DNA of 63,698 nt, counting the filler, from Limisphaerales bacterium (GTDB lineage Bacteria; Verrucomicrobiota; Verrucomicrobiia; Limisphaerales; SIBE01), in NCBI GenBank assembly GCA_044225505.1. It is 4 parts of 4 records of this genome, joined end to end, with 100 filler letters (N's around TTAATTAATTAA, not from the genome) between each part and the next. Parts side by side here need not be neighbours in the genome. Positions count along the whole stretch, not along the records: positions 50,017 to 63,698 come from JBGAIN010000198.1; 3 more parts are not named here. The stretch is one strand, 5' to 3'. Each line of letters opens with the position of its first letter. Within the stretch, counting starts at the first letter, position 1. A program made the position numbers and the translations under genes. Positions 50,386-58,856 of this stretch are shown here, one piece after another. The notes below the pieces were generated by a model that was not told the DNA's origin, did no database searches, and saw only the letters and a list, made by a program, of their open reading frames with translations.

Positions 50386-51444
50386 CTATCGCGAGGGAGA
50401 CTCGGGCGAAGAGACCTCTAATTGACGGAGAGCTGCGGCTGCTTCTCGGTCGTCCGGGGTCAATTGCAGAGCGATACGGTACTGCTGTCGCGCTGGTTCG
50501 ATCTGACGCTTCTTAAGATAAATGTTGCCGAGCCTGCGGTGAGCCCAGGAAAGCTTCGGCATGATATAGAAAGGCTGGCATTCCAGGTATTTCTTAAGGG
50601 CTGCCTCGCCCTTTTCCAGGTGGTGCCCAGAGAGATCCGCCGTCTTGCCAATCTGAAAAAGCGTGGGTTTATCCTCTGGCGCGATCGCCAGTAATTTCTC
50701 GAAACTGGCGAATGCGTCCTCGTAGCGAGCGGCGCGCTGATAGAGAATTCCCAATCGAAAATAGGCGTCTGTTTTGCCTGGAACGCGTTGTAGGGCGTCC
50801 TTGTAGAAACTCTCCGCTTGATCAAAACGCTTATCGTCCATGGCTTGGTCGCCCTTGACCAGAGCTCCCAAATAAGCGTCGCGCCGGGAAATCTCCTCCA
50901 ATTGCGTGGTCGCTCCGCGTTTACTGCCACCTACGATCATCGGCGCTTGCCGATAGAAAGTTGCTAAATCCACCCGTGCATCCAAATTATTCGGATCCAA
51001 TTGCACAGCTCGCTCCAACGATTTGCGGGTGCGCCGTGCGGGTCCGATCCCGCGGGGGGGGCCTAAATCGCGAGCTTGAATTCCGCAGGCTCGCCCCAGC
51101 CAGTGGGCCACGGCCGAGTTTGTCGGCGAGGCTATTTCCGCCTTCTCGAAATAACCGATGGCGTCACTTAAGCGGTTCTGCTCAAAGGCAATCCGTCCCA
51201 AGAAGACTAGGGCTTCCGCGTCGCCAGGGTTAGCGGTGAGTCGGGCTTGAAACCATTGGGTGGCGTCACTGAATCGGTGCAGTTCGAATAATCGCGGGCC
51301 TTCTAAAATATCCAGCCCCGAGGGTTCCGGCACCGCCGCCGTCACGTGTGCCAGGCAAACGAGCACCCAGGCCATGCGGACGAAAAGGCCGCTTGGAAAA
51401 ACCGCGTGAGTCGGATCAACGCTCCATTCATTCTTCAATTGCAT
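50386..51444 (-). CDS. Secreted tetratricopeptide-repeat protein
   Basis: Multiple TPRs (AEALVFLGRIAFEQ, AYFRLGILY, AHRRLGNIY) and FYRQAPMIVGGS. Start is 51444 or 51375. Confidence 0.85.
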   Translation of the reverse strand: MQLKNEWSVDPTHAVFPSGLFVRMAWVLVCLAHVTAAVPEPSGLDILEGPRLFELHRFSDATQWFQARLTANPGDAEALVFLGRIAFEQNRLSDAIGYFEKAEIASPTNSAVAHWLGRACGIQARDLGPPRGIGPARRTRKSLERAVQLDPNNLDARVDLATFYRQAPMIVGGSKRGATTQLEEISRRDAYLGALVKGDQAMDDKRFDQAESFYKDALQRVPGKTDAYFRLGILYQRAARYEDAFASFEKLLAIAPEDKPTLFQIGKTADLSGHHLEKGEAALKKYLECQPFYIMPKLSWAHRRLGNIYLKKRQIEPARQQYRIALQLTPDDREAAAALRQLEVSSPESPSR

Positions 51445-51665
51445 CCGCAACCTCCGCCACCGACCCCCCGACCGCCAGTCGCCGCTTCCCGGGAGAAGTA
51501 GATATGCTCGGCGAAGGCGTCGCCAACCGGGTTCCGGTCTGCGCGCATGACCGGGTCCGCTAACGTTCCGCGTTGCCAAGGCTTCACATTGGCGCAGCCA
51601 GAAACCAGAGTCACGAGGCCAACGGCGCTCACGACGAACATGAAACGGATGATGGGGAGATTCAT
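51435..51665 (-). CDS. DUF4266-family small lipoprotein
   Basis: Lipobox VSGC, VKPWQRGTLA, SREAATGG and C-terminal GGGGCGCN. Confidence 0.88.
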   Translation of the reverse strand: MNLPIIRFMFVVSAVGLVTLVSGCANVKPWQRGTLADPVMRADRNPVGDAFAEHIYFSREAATGGRGVGGGGCGCN

Positions 51666-51683
51666 GCAGATGGAAACTTGAAT

Positions 51684-52223
51684 TTAGCGATTTGCCGCCA
51701 CGAGGGCTTTCTCGATCTCGGCCAGGTACGCTTTTCGCGTCGATTCGCCTTCGAACCCGCGATGGACGGCGATTACCTTGCCATCCGCTCCCACGAGAAA
51801 AGATGTTGGCATCACTTCAACTCCGACTGTCTCCGCCAGTTTTCCTTTCGGATCGTGCACTGTCTGAAGGCCGAGCGGATTCTTTTTTAGGAACGCGTCC
51901 ATCGCCGATTTCTTCTCGTCCAGCCCAACCGCCAGGATGACGAACCCGCGCTTTAGGAATTTCTGCTGAAGTTCCGCCATGACCGGGAAAGACTTTTTGC
52001 AAGGGGCGCACCAGGACGCCCAAAAGTCGACTAGCACCACCTTCTCTTTCAAGTCGGGCAAGGTGCCGTCCAGGCCGAACTCGGTGAGGTTTGGGAATTG
52101 ATCACCGGGCCGCAGCGTCTTGCCAGCGGCATTTGCGTTGAGAGCCAGGAGCACCGCGGCGCACGCGCACAGACGAACGACAACCTTGATGGACTCGATT
52201 TGTTTAAGAAACGACATGTTCAT
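51684..52223 (-). CDS. TlpA-family thioredoxin-like disulfide reductase
   Basis: Signal peptide; VLVDFWASWCAPC and MPTSFL. Confidence 0.9.
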   Translation of the reverse strand: MNMSFLKQIESIKVVVRLCACAAVLLALNANAAGKTLRPGDQFPNLTEFGLDGTLPDLKEKVVLVDFWASWCAPCKKSFPVMAELQQKFLKRGFVILAVGLDEKKSAMDAFLKKNPLGLQTVHDPKGKLAETVGVEVMPTSFLVGADGKVIAVHRGFEGESTRKAYLAEIEKALVAANR

Positions 52224-53235
52224 AGAATCTACGACTCGTTACAGTTCCTTTATCCGTGATGATAGCCCCGGCAGAACCGAATTGCGCTTCGAGAAGCCGC
52301 ATTCCCTGTTCTGGGCCGAGCACAAAGAGCGCAGTCGAAAGCATTCCCGCGATCGTGCAGCTCGGTGCTAAAACACTGACCGCGCGGCAACCGTTGTCCA
52401 CGGGCCAGCCCGTGCGGACGTCCAGGATATGCCCGAAGCGTTTCCCGTTAGCATCAAAGCGGCGGACGTAATCCCCTGAGGTGGCGACGGCACCCTCTTT
52501 GAGACCCAATCCGCACCAGCATCGGCCTGGCTGGTTCGGATCATCGAGACCAATGTGCCAGCCAGGACGCCCGTCTCCAGGGAGGCCAACGACACGAACA
52601 TCAGCGCCAAAATCTACCAAGGCGCCCGCCACCCCGGCACCGGCCAGCATCTGAGCCACCCGATCAACGGCGTATTCCTTGCCCATACCGCCCAGATCCA
52701 AGCCCATCCCTGTCCGCGGCAGAAAAATGCGTCCAGGCGTCCGCTGGACTTTTCGCCAACCGACCTGTTGCTTTGTGGCATCCACCGCTTCCTGTGTGGG
52801 AATAACGCCGGCCTTCCAATTCCACAACTGGATGAGAGGCAGGGCGGACGGGTCAAAGATGCCGGCGGTCATGAAGTGCATCTGATCGCACAGCGCAAAA
52901 AGCTGCTCCGTTTCCGGGTCGAGAGCAACGAACTCCCGCCCGGCGGCGGCGGTGATGGTTGAGATCAGCGAGGTGGGAAGGAATCGAGAGTATTTAGCTT
53001 CGAACTGGGCCACCCAATCAATGAGCGATGAGACCAGACTGACGATTTGCGAAGGTGGCGCCGCGATGCTGACCGAGCATTTCGTTCCCATGGCTTGGAA
53101 AACGACCTGGTGCATGTTTCCGCGGGACGTCTGCTGTAAGGAAGCGCGGATTCGTGCCAGAACCGCCGGCAGGCCCGTAGCCCATTCGCTTGGCTTGGCG
53201 GTTTGGGGCTCAATTTTATTGGATTCCTCGCGCAT
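52204..53235 (-). CDS. apbE: FAD:protein FMN transferase
   Basis: FQAMGT, LDLGGMGKEYAVD, VATSGDY and HILDVRTGWP; start uncertain. Confidence 0.9.
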   Translation of the reverse strand: MREESNKIEPQTAKPSEWATGLPAVLARIRASLQQTSRGNMHQVVFQAMGTKCSVSIAAPPSQIVSLVSSLIDWVAQFEAKYSRFLPTSLISTITAAAGREFVALDPETEQLFALCDQMHFMTAGIFDPSALPLIQLWNWKAGVIPTQEAVDATKQQVGWRKVQRTPGRIFLPRTGMGLDLGGMGKEYAVDRVAQMLAGAGVAGALVDFGADVRVVGLPGDGRPGWHIGLDDPNQPGRCWCGLGLKEGAVATSGDYVRRFDANGKRFGHILDVRTGWPVDNGCRAVSVLAPSCTIAGMLSTALFVLGPEQGMRLLEAQFGSAGAIITDKGTVTSRRFYEHVVS

Positions 53236-53267
53236 AGCTAGGGAGGCGGTGGGTCGAGGAAATGGCC

Positions 53268-54563
53268 TCAAAACCATATGCCGCAACCGACCGTGAAGAC
53301 GTGCGCTGACGGATACGCGCTGTTGGGCGTTTTGTGATCCAGCCCGGACATCTCGTACCGTTTGTAACCTAGATCCAACGTGAAATGCTCCGCTATGCGA
53401 ATCTGAGCGTCGATGCCGAACGTGAAAGCCTCGAACTCAGACAACCGGTAATCCGCCGAGTAGTTGGAGGGGCGCGCTGGGACATCGACGTACTGAACGC
53501 CTGGGGTTGACGGGTCGGGCAGCCCAGGGTCTCCAGCAAAGCCTACGAAGATGCCGTCCTGAAACGCGATCTGAGTTCCATTCGAGTAATCTGCAAATGA
53601 AACGCCACGGAAACCTGCGGAGTAGAAATCGGCCGCGCTCTGTCGGTAATAACGGAAACCGGGGGCCAGAGTGAGGTGTTTCCCAAGCTTTTGGAACCAG
53701 GTAAGACTGACCGTGTTGGCCCAGATTCCCCAATCGTCATGATAAAGCCGATACGTTGCCTCGACACTGGCGTTGAGCGGATTTACGTATTGCGTCAGCG
53801 AAACGAAGCCCGTCTGTTTGAATCGGTGCCTGGGGCGAGATTCAGGCACTGGATTGATCGCCGCCGGGTCGAGAAAGATTGGATCGGGCGAATCGGCCAA
53901 ATAGAAAGTGGTCAACCGATAGGGATCATTTAAATACCCATCCGCATAACCGAAAGATAGATCGACCGATAGGACTGTGGTCGGTCCAAGCAATTGGTTG
54001 ACTCCGACCAAAACGTCGGTCGATGTTTTATAACGGAAATCCTTCAGCACGCCGCCGCCGACCTCGTCGTAGTTTTGGGCGGCGCCCAAAACGAGGGTCG
54101 TGTTCTTCTGATTGAAGTCGATCGTGTGCGTCAGGGAAACGCCGCGGGATATATAATCCCGCTCTTCACTGTAGGTGAACTGAGGCGTCGTCGTATGGAC
54201 ACCGTAACTCAGGCCTAATCCGAATGTGCCAGCCCGGCGAATGTCTTCCACGTGAGCCAGCGGAACGCGCGAACTTCCCAAAGGCGGCAGTTCCCCGCTG
54301 GGGGTCGCGCCAGAGATGCCGTCATAAACCAAGAGTCCGTGCGCGGTGATTTTGGACGCCAAATCGACGTCAAATCCCACCGCGTGCGTCCGAACGTGCA
54401 TCCGTTCCGCATCTTCCAAATACTCTTCATACCGATACTCTACGCGATTGTCCGCGGCCCCGACACGGGGTGGGTTGAGCAATCGCGTGGCGCAGACCAC
54501 GAGCGAGAGCGAATTCAGGCGAAAGAGCCGGCAACTCTTCTTGAGGCGATTCAAAAAATGCAT
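53268..54563 (-). CDS. DUF3570-family beta-barrel-like protein with an SGAT flavinylation motif
   Basis: DGISGATP, SEERDY, GYLNDPY, YRLYHDDWGI, FRYYRQSAADFY and SADYRLS; C-terminal WF. Confidence 0.85.
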   Translation of the reverse strand: MHFLNRLKKSCRLFRLNSLSLVVCATRLLNPPRVGAADNRVEYRYEEYLEDAERMHVRTHAVGFDVDLASKITAHGLLVYDGISGATPSGELPPLGSSRVPLAHVEDIRRAGTFGLGLSYGVHTTTPQFTYSEERDYISRGVSLTHTIDFNQKNTTLVLGAAQNYDEVGGGVLKDFRYKTSTDVLVGVNQLLGPTTVLSVDLSFGYADGYLNDPYRLTTFYLADSPDPIFLDPAAINPVPESRPRHRFKQTGFVSLTQYVNPLNASVEATYRLYHDDWGIWANTVSLTWFQKLGKHLTLAPGFRYYRQSAADFYSAGFRGVSFADYSNGTQIAFQDGIFVGFAGDPGLPDPSTPGVQYVDVPARPSNYSADYRLSEFEAFTFGIDAQIRIAEHFTLDLGYKRYEMSGLDHKTPNSAYPSAHVFTVGCGIWF

Positions 54564-54655
54564 GTGCGCGAGACGCGAACTGGTTTTGATCTTGAAGACG
54601 ACACCGAGTGGAAGCGACTGTCAAGCTCGCCACGCTCTGCTCAGCCGTGAAACCT

Positions 54656-55882
54656 TCAGGGAGCTTGAACCACAGAATATCGCCAAAACCGTGCTGATTC
54701 AGCGCTGTGAGTGTCCTTCATGGCCGTACGTTCACTCGTCGCCGTCGCGGTCTGGACGGTTTCCCAATGCCCAGAGGCCAGGTCTGTTGTTGTTTCCAGA
54801 GTGTATTCGCGGCCCGCAATTGTGGTTAGTACGACTTCGAACCCGGCTCCGCTCGCACGGGTCACTTGCATGGTCATCGGGACAACGGTGACGGTAATTC
54901 CATCGCTTGTGACGGTCCCGCCTGGCCCTGAGACCTTCACGAAATAAGTCCCGGCATCGCTTCCCGTGGCGGCGCTACGAGTCACGCTACTGCCGGTCGG
55001 ATCCGGGATATCAGCACCATCGTGCTGCCACAGATAGGTTAATGGTTCAGTTCCGCCTGCGACCACATTCAGGTGAAGCGGTTCACCGGTATGCAAAGCC
55101 ACGCTGGTTGGTGGCGTGATGATCGTGGGACCTGTAGCGGAGGAAGTGACCGTAAGGGTGACTTCCGTGCTGACGACGGTCCCGCCGTCATTGCTGACCA
55201 AAACTGTGTAAGTGCCTGCATCGGAAAGCTGCACGGGATTCAAGAGGAGGGTGGGCGACGTGGCATCAGGAATTGCTCCACCATTATGGCGCCATTGATA
55301 ATGGAAAGGTTGAGTTCCGGTCGCCGTCACGCTGAAACTGAAAAGTCCGCCTTCGTCAATTGTGCCACCCTGGGGAGGGGCAGTAATCGTTGGGGCGATG
55401 ACCGCGCCCCCCGCGATAGAAAAGTGCAGACTGAAATTCAGGCTTGCTCCGGTCAACCGAGGATGCTCCCAGGCCGTGATATCAATATCATATTCTCCTC
55501 CTTGGGTCGGGATGCCGCTGATAATCCCGGTACTCAAGCCCAGGGAGAGACCCGGAGGAAACCCTGCCGAGGCTGAGCCGGTGCGGGTGTAGGTTTGGCC
55601 ATTGATTTCCCAAGATTCAGCGCTGCGGTTTTCGCCGTCATTGATCTTGATTTGGTAGCTCAAGCGGGTGCCAACCGTCCCTGAGATGCTGCTCGCACTA
55701 GCGAGAACGGCCGATCCCGCAGAAACGGCGTGGTAGGTGCCCGCCAGAGCCAGTGCGGAACTCACCCATTTCAGCACGAACGGAGCTGGGGATGAGGAAA
55801 GTGCAGGGCCCGATTGTAGAAGACGCGCGGCCAGGGGCGCAAAATTGAGAAAACCAGCCAAAAGATACGTTAACGATTTCAC
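54656..55882 (-). CDS. Secreted immunoglobulin-domain protein (He_PIG-like domain, two Ig domains, C-terminal tail)
   Basis: PPGLSLGLSTGIISGIPT; YQW...DAGTYTVLVSN; YLWQH...DAGTYFVKVS. Confidence 0.85.
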   Translation of the reverse strand: MKSLTYLLAGFLNFAPLAARLLQSGPALSSSPAPFVLKWVSSALALAGTYHAVSAGSAVLASASSISGTVGTRLSYQIKINDGENRSAESWEINGQTYTRTGSASAGFPPGLSLGLSTGIISGIPTQGGEYDIDITAWEHPRLTGASLNFSLHFSIAGGAVIAPTITAPPQGGTIDEGGLFSFSVTATGTQPFHYQWRHNGGAIPDATSPTLLLNPVQLSDAGTYTVLVSNDGGTVVSTEVTLTVTSSATGPTIITPPTSVALHTGEPLHLNVVAGGTEPLTYLWQHDGADIPDPTGSSVTRSAATGSDAGTYFVKVSGPGGTVTSDGITVTVVPMTMQVTRASGAGFEVVLTTIAGREYTLETTTDLASGHWETVQTATATSERTAMKDTHSAESARFWRYSVVQAP

Positions 55883-55979
55883 AACGACTTGGGTTTGATG
55901 ATTATTCTACGAGAACGCCGAAGAAATTTAGCATGTCTAGTGCCAATCTCTTTCAGCCCATTGCGAACTAATGCGCAGA

Positions 55980-57293
55980 TCAGCGCCGATCTACCCGAAG
56001 CCTTAGCATTAAGACCCCAGCCGCAAATAAAGACAGCGCCAGACATACATACGCGCTGTCCATCGAGTCGGTCAACTGTTTCACTAAACCGGTGAGATAA
56101 GGGCCGAGAAATCCACCCACGTTTCCACTGGAATTAATCAATCCAACGGCCCCGGCCGCGGCCGCGCCGGACAAGAAAGTGGTGGGGTAAGACCACCAAA
56201 CGCCAAAAGCAGAGTACACGCCTATCGCCGCTAAGCAGACGCAAACCAGCCCTGGATAACCATTTCCGAGAAATGGACCCAGTCCCATTCCCAGACTGGC
56301 GAGAAACATCGGAACAGCCCCGTACCAACGTTTGTCAGCGCATTTTGCGGACGAGTATCCGACAAAAACCATGCCAGCCAGCGCCAGGCCCATCGGCAGC
56401 ACGATGAACCACCCGACCTGTTGCGTTGACCAACCCGAAGCCTCCTGGAGAACCGTTGGCATCCAATAGTTGAACCCCCAAAAGCCCGTGATCCAGAGGA
56501 AATAGATCAAAGATAGCTTCAAGACCTCGGGATCGGCCAGGGCACGGCGGACGGTGTAGATCGTTGATTGCTCGGACGTTTCACGTCGGAACCGATCTTC
56601 CAGGTAAGTCCGTTCAGATTCCGTTAGCCAAGCGGCATCCTTTGGCCAGTCTTTTAGCCAAAACCAGAGGATAATCCCAAATACAACCGCTGGAATCGCT
56701 TCGATGATGAACAAGAGTTGCCAGCCTTTCAGGCCAAAAACCTGACGGCTCAGGACCCAGCCTGCCATGGGTGAGCCTACAATGGCCGACACTTGGAGCG
56801 AAGTGAGCATGATGGCTAAAGCGCGTGGACGTTCGGATCGACTAAACCAGCGCGGCACGACGCTCGCGTAGGCGACCGGGTAAAAGCTGGCTTCAGCCGC
56901 TCCCAAGAGAAAACGGAGGATGTAAAACTGTCCCTCTGTCTTGACGAAGGCCATCAAGCAAGAGACTAACCCCCAGGAAACCATGATTCGAGCGAGCCAA
57001 GCGCGGGGACTCCACCGCTCGGCGATCAGCGCGCCGGGGATTTCAAAAAAGACGTATCCGGCAAAGAAGATCCCTGCGCCCAGGCCAAAGACAGACGGCG
57101 AAAACCCCAGGTCCTTGTTCATCGTCAACCCGGCATAGGCCAGATTCACCCGATCCAGGTATGCGATCACCGATCCAATGAACAGAGGCAGGAGAATGTG
57201 GAGCAGTCGCTTACGGTCCAATGTGGCGGAGACCGTGGCGCCCTCCGCCGATTCCGGACGGCTACATCCTTCAATTTGACGCGACTCCCGCAT
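55980..57293 (-). CDS. MFS transporter (anion:cation symporter, TtuB-like)
   Basis: AYLDRVN, GLGAGIFFAGYVFFEIPG, WLARIMVSWG, RFLLGAAEASFYP and GWQLLFIIEAIP; start uncertain. Confidence 0.9.
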   Translation of the reverse strand: MRESRQIEGCSRPESAEGATVSATLDRKRLLHILLPLFIGSVIAYLDRVNLAYAGLTMNKDLGFSPSVFGLGAGIFFAGYVFFEIPGALIAERWSPRAWLARIMVSWGLVSCLMAFVKTEGQFYILRFLLGAAEASFYPVAYASVVPRWFSRSERPRALAIMLTSLQVSAIVGSPMAGWVLSRQVFGLKGWQLLFIIEAIPAVVFGIILWFWLKDWPKDAAWLTESERTYLEDRFRRETSEQSTIYTVRRALADPEVLKLSLIYFLWITGFWGFNYWMPTVLQEASGWSTQQVGWFIVLPMGLALAGMVFVGYSSAKCADKRWYGAVPMFLASLGMGLGPFLGNGYPGLVCVCLAAIGVYSAFGVWWSYPTTFLSGAAAAGAVGLINSSGNVGGFLGPYLTGLVKQLTDSMDSAYVCLALSLFAAGVLMLRLRVDRR

Positions 57294-57447
57294 TTGTCTC
57301 ATGCTGTGGCCGTGGACAGAAGGCAAGCTGGACAGCGGCATTTTTCTGGCTCGCGCACACGGGACGTCCGGCGGCGGGCCCAACCTGGCGCGGACGGGCC
57401 CTGATTTCTGATGACTCAGGCGGTGATCTTAAACTCCCAACGAAGCC

Positions 57448-58731
57448 ATGAATCCAACGGATAAAACAAAGTGCCCAACCTCCCCACGGTCTGCCACGCG
57501 ACGCCATTTTCTGCAAGCACTGATAGCGGGTGGGGTCGTTCCCTGGGTCAATGGTGATTTCCCGACCGACGGAAACCTCCTTGCCGCACCTCAAAGCGAG
57601 GCAATCCCTACGGGCTCGCACGTCGGCTCTCTTTTCCCTTTCATTCAAAGCCAGGCCAAGACCGATTTCCCACTTTCGTTTCTCCAAGCGAAATTCCAGT
57701 CGGTCCAGGAGTGGAAATCTGCAGCGCGGGGGAAATTACTCGAACTGCTCCACTATCAACCTGCTCCGTGCGATTTTCGGGCTGAAACGATCGAGCGTGT
57801 CGAGGAGGACGGGTATATTCGGGAGAAGATCCATTTCAACACCACGCCAGATCTGCGGATCCCAGCTTACCTGTTGATCCCAAAGAACGTTCAATTTCCG
57901 GTGCCGGGCCTTGTCGCGCTCCATGACCACGGGGGCTACTATCTTTGGGGCAAAGAAAAGCTAGTTCACTTGCCGGATGAAAACCCCCACCTGACCCAGT
58001 TTAAAGCGGGCGCATACTCCGGGAAAAGCATTGCGTCAGAGTTAGCTCGTCAAGGTTACGTTGTGCTGGTGATTGACATGTTTTATTGGGGCGAGCGGCG
58101 GATGGTCCTCGACGACGATGCTCCGGACTGGAAGCGTCCTGGCCCAGGCATAACGCGGGAGCGGATCGAGGCTTTTAACCGCCGGGCTGGAGAGAACGAA
58201 CCGCTCGTCGGACGCACGATCTATTCCGCCGGGTTTACGTGGTCCGGTGTGATGTTCTGGGATGACATTCGTTCGCTGGACTATCTGGTTTCACGTCCTG
58301 AGGTAGATAAGAACCGCGTTGGATGTGTCGGGCTCTCTGTTGGGGGCTTGCGTTCCTGCCACTTGGCGGCGTTGGACGACCGTATTAAAGCGGCCGTCGT
58401 CGTTGGATGGATGTGTTCTTTCCCACACCAGCTCAAAGCGCACGTCCGCCACACGATCGGGCACACCAAACTCGTTCCCGGGCTCTACCGATACTTGGAC
58501 TATCCCGATGTGGCGACGTTGGCCATGCCAGCCTCTTTGCTTGTAATCAACGGGCGCAAAGACGGTCTCTTTCAACCGGACGGCGTGCGGCATGCCTTCG
58601 AGAAGCTAGCGGCCTGTTACCGGAAAGCGGGTATCGAAGATCGAATCGCAACCCGCCTTTACGACACCCCCCACGAATTTAACGCGGAGATGCAGCAGGA
58701 AGCTTGGGCTTGGCTGAAACGCTGGCTTTGA
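57448..58731 (+). CDS. Tat-exported alpha/beta hydrolase (dienelactone hydrolase / acetylxylan-esterase-like)
   Basis: TRRHFLQ Tat motif; LHDHGG, GLSVGG, DGLF and PHEF. Confidence 0.85.
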   Translation: MNPTDKTKCPTSPRSATRRHFLQALIAGGVVPWVNGDFPTDGNLLAAPQSEAIPTGSHVGSLFPFIQSQAKTDFPLSFLQAKFQSVQEWKSAARGKLLELLHYQPAPCDFRAETIERVEEDGYIREKIHFNTTPDLRIPAYLLIPKNVQFPVPGLVALHDHGGYYLWGKEKLVHLPDENPHLTQFKAGAYSGKSIASELARQGYVVLVIDMFYWGERRMVLDDDAPDWKRPGPGITRERIEAFNRRAGENEPLVGRTIYSAGFTWSGVMFWDDIRSLDYLVSRPEVDKNRVGCVGLSVGGLRSCHLAALDDRIKAAVVVGWMCSFPHQLKAHVRHTIGHTKLVPGLYRYLDYPDVATLAMPASLLVINGRKDGLFQPDGVRHAFEKLAACYRKAGIEDRIATRLYDTPHEFNAEMQQEAWAWLKRWL

Positions 58732-58856
58732 TCCGCGTTGCGACCCGATGTGGCAGGCGCGCATTGGCATGGATAATCGATGGCAACCAGCCGGGCGTTT
58801 CTGGCCACGCTTCAAGGTGAGTTGACGATGAGGCAGGTCGCCCGGTAAACAAGACC

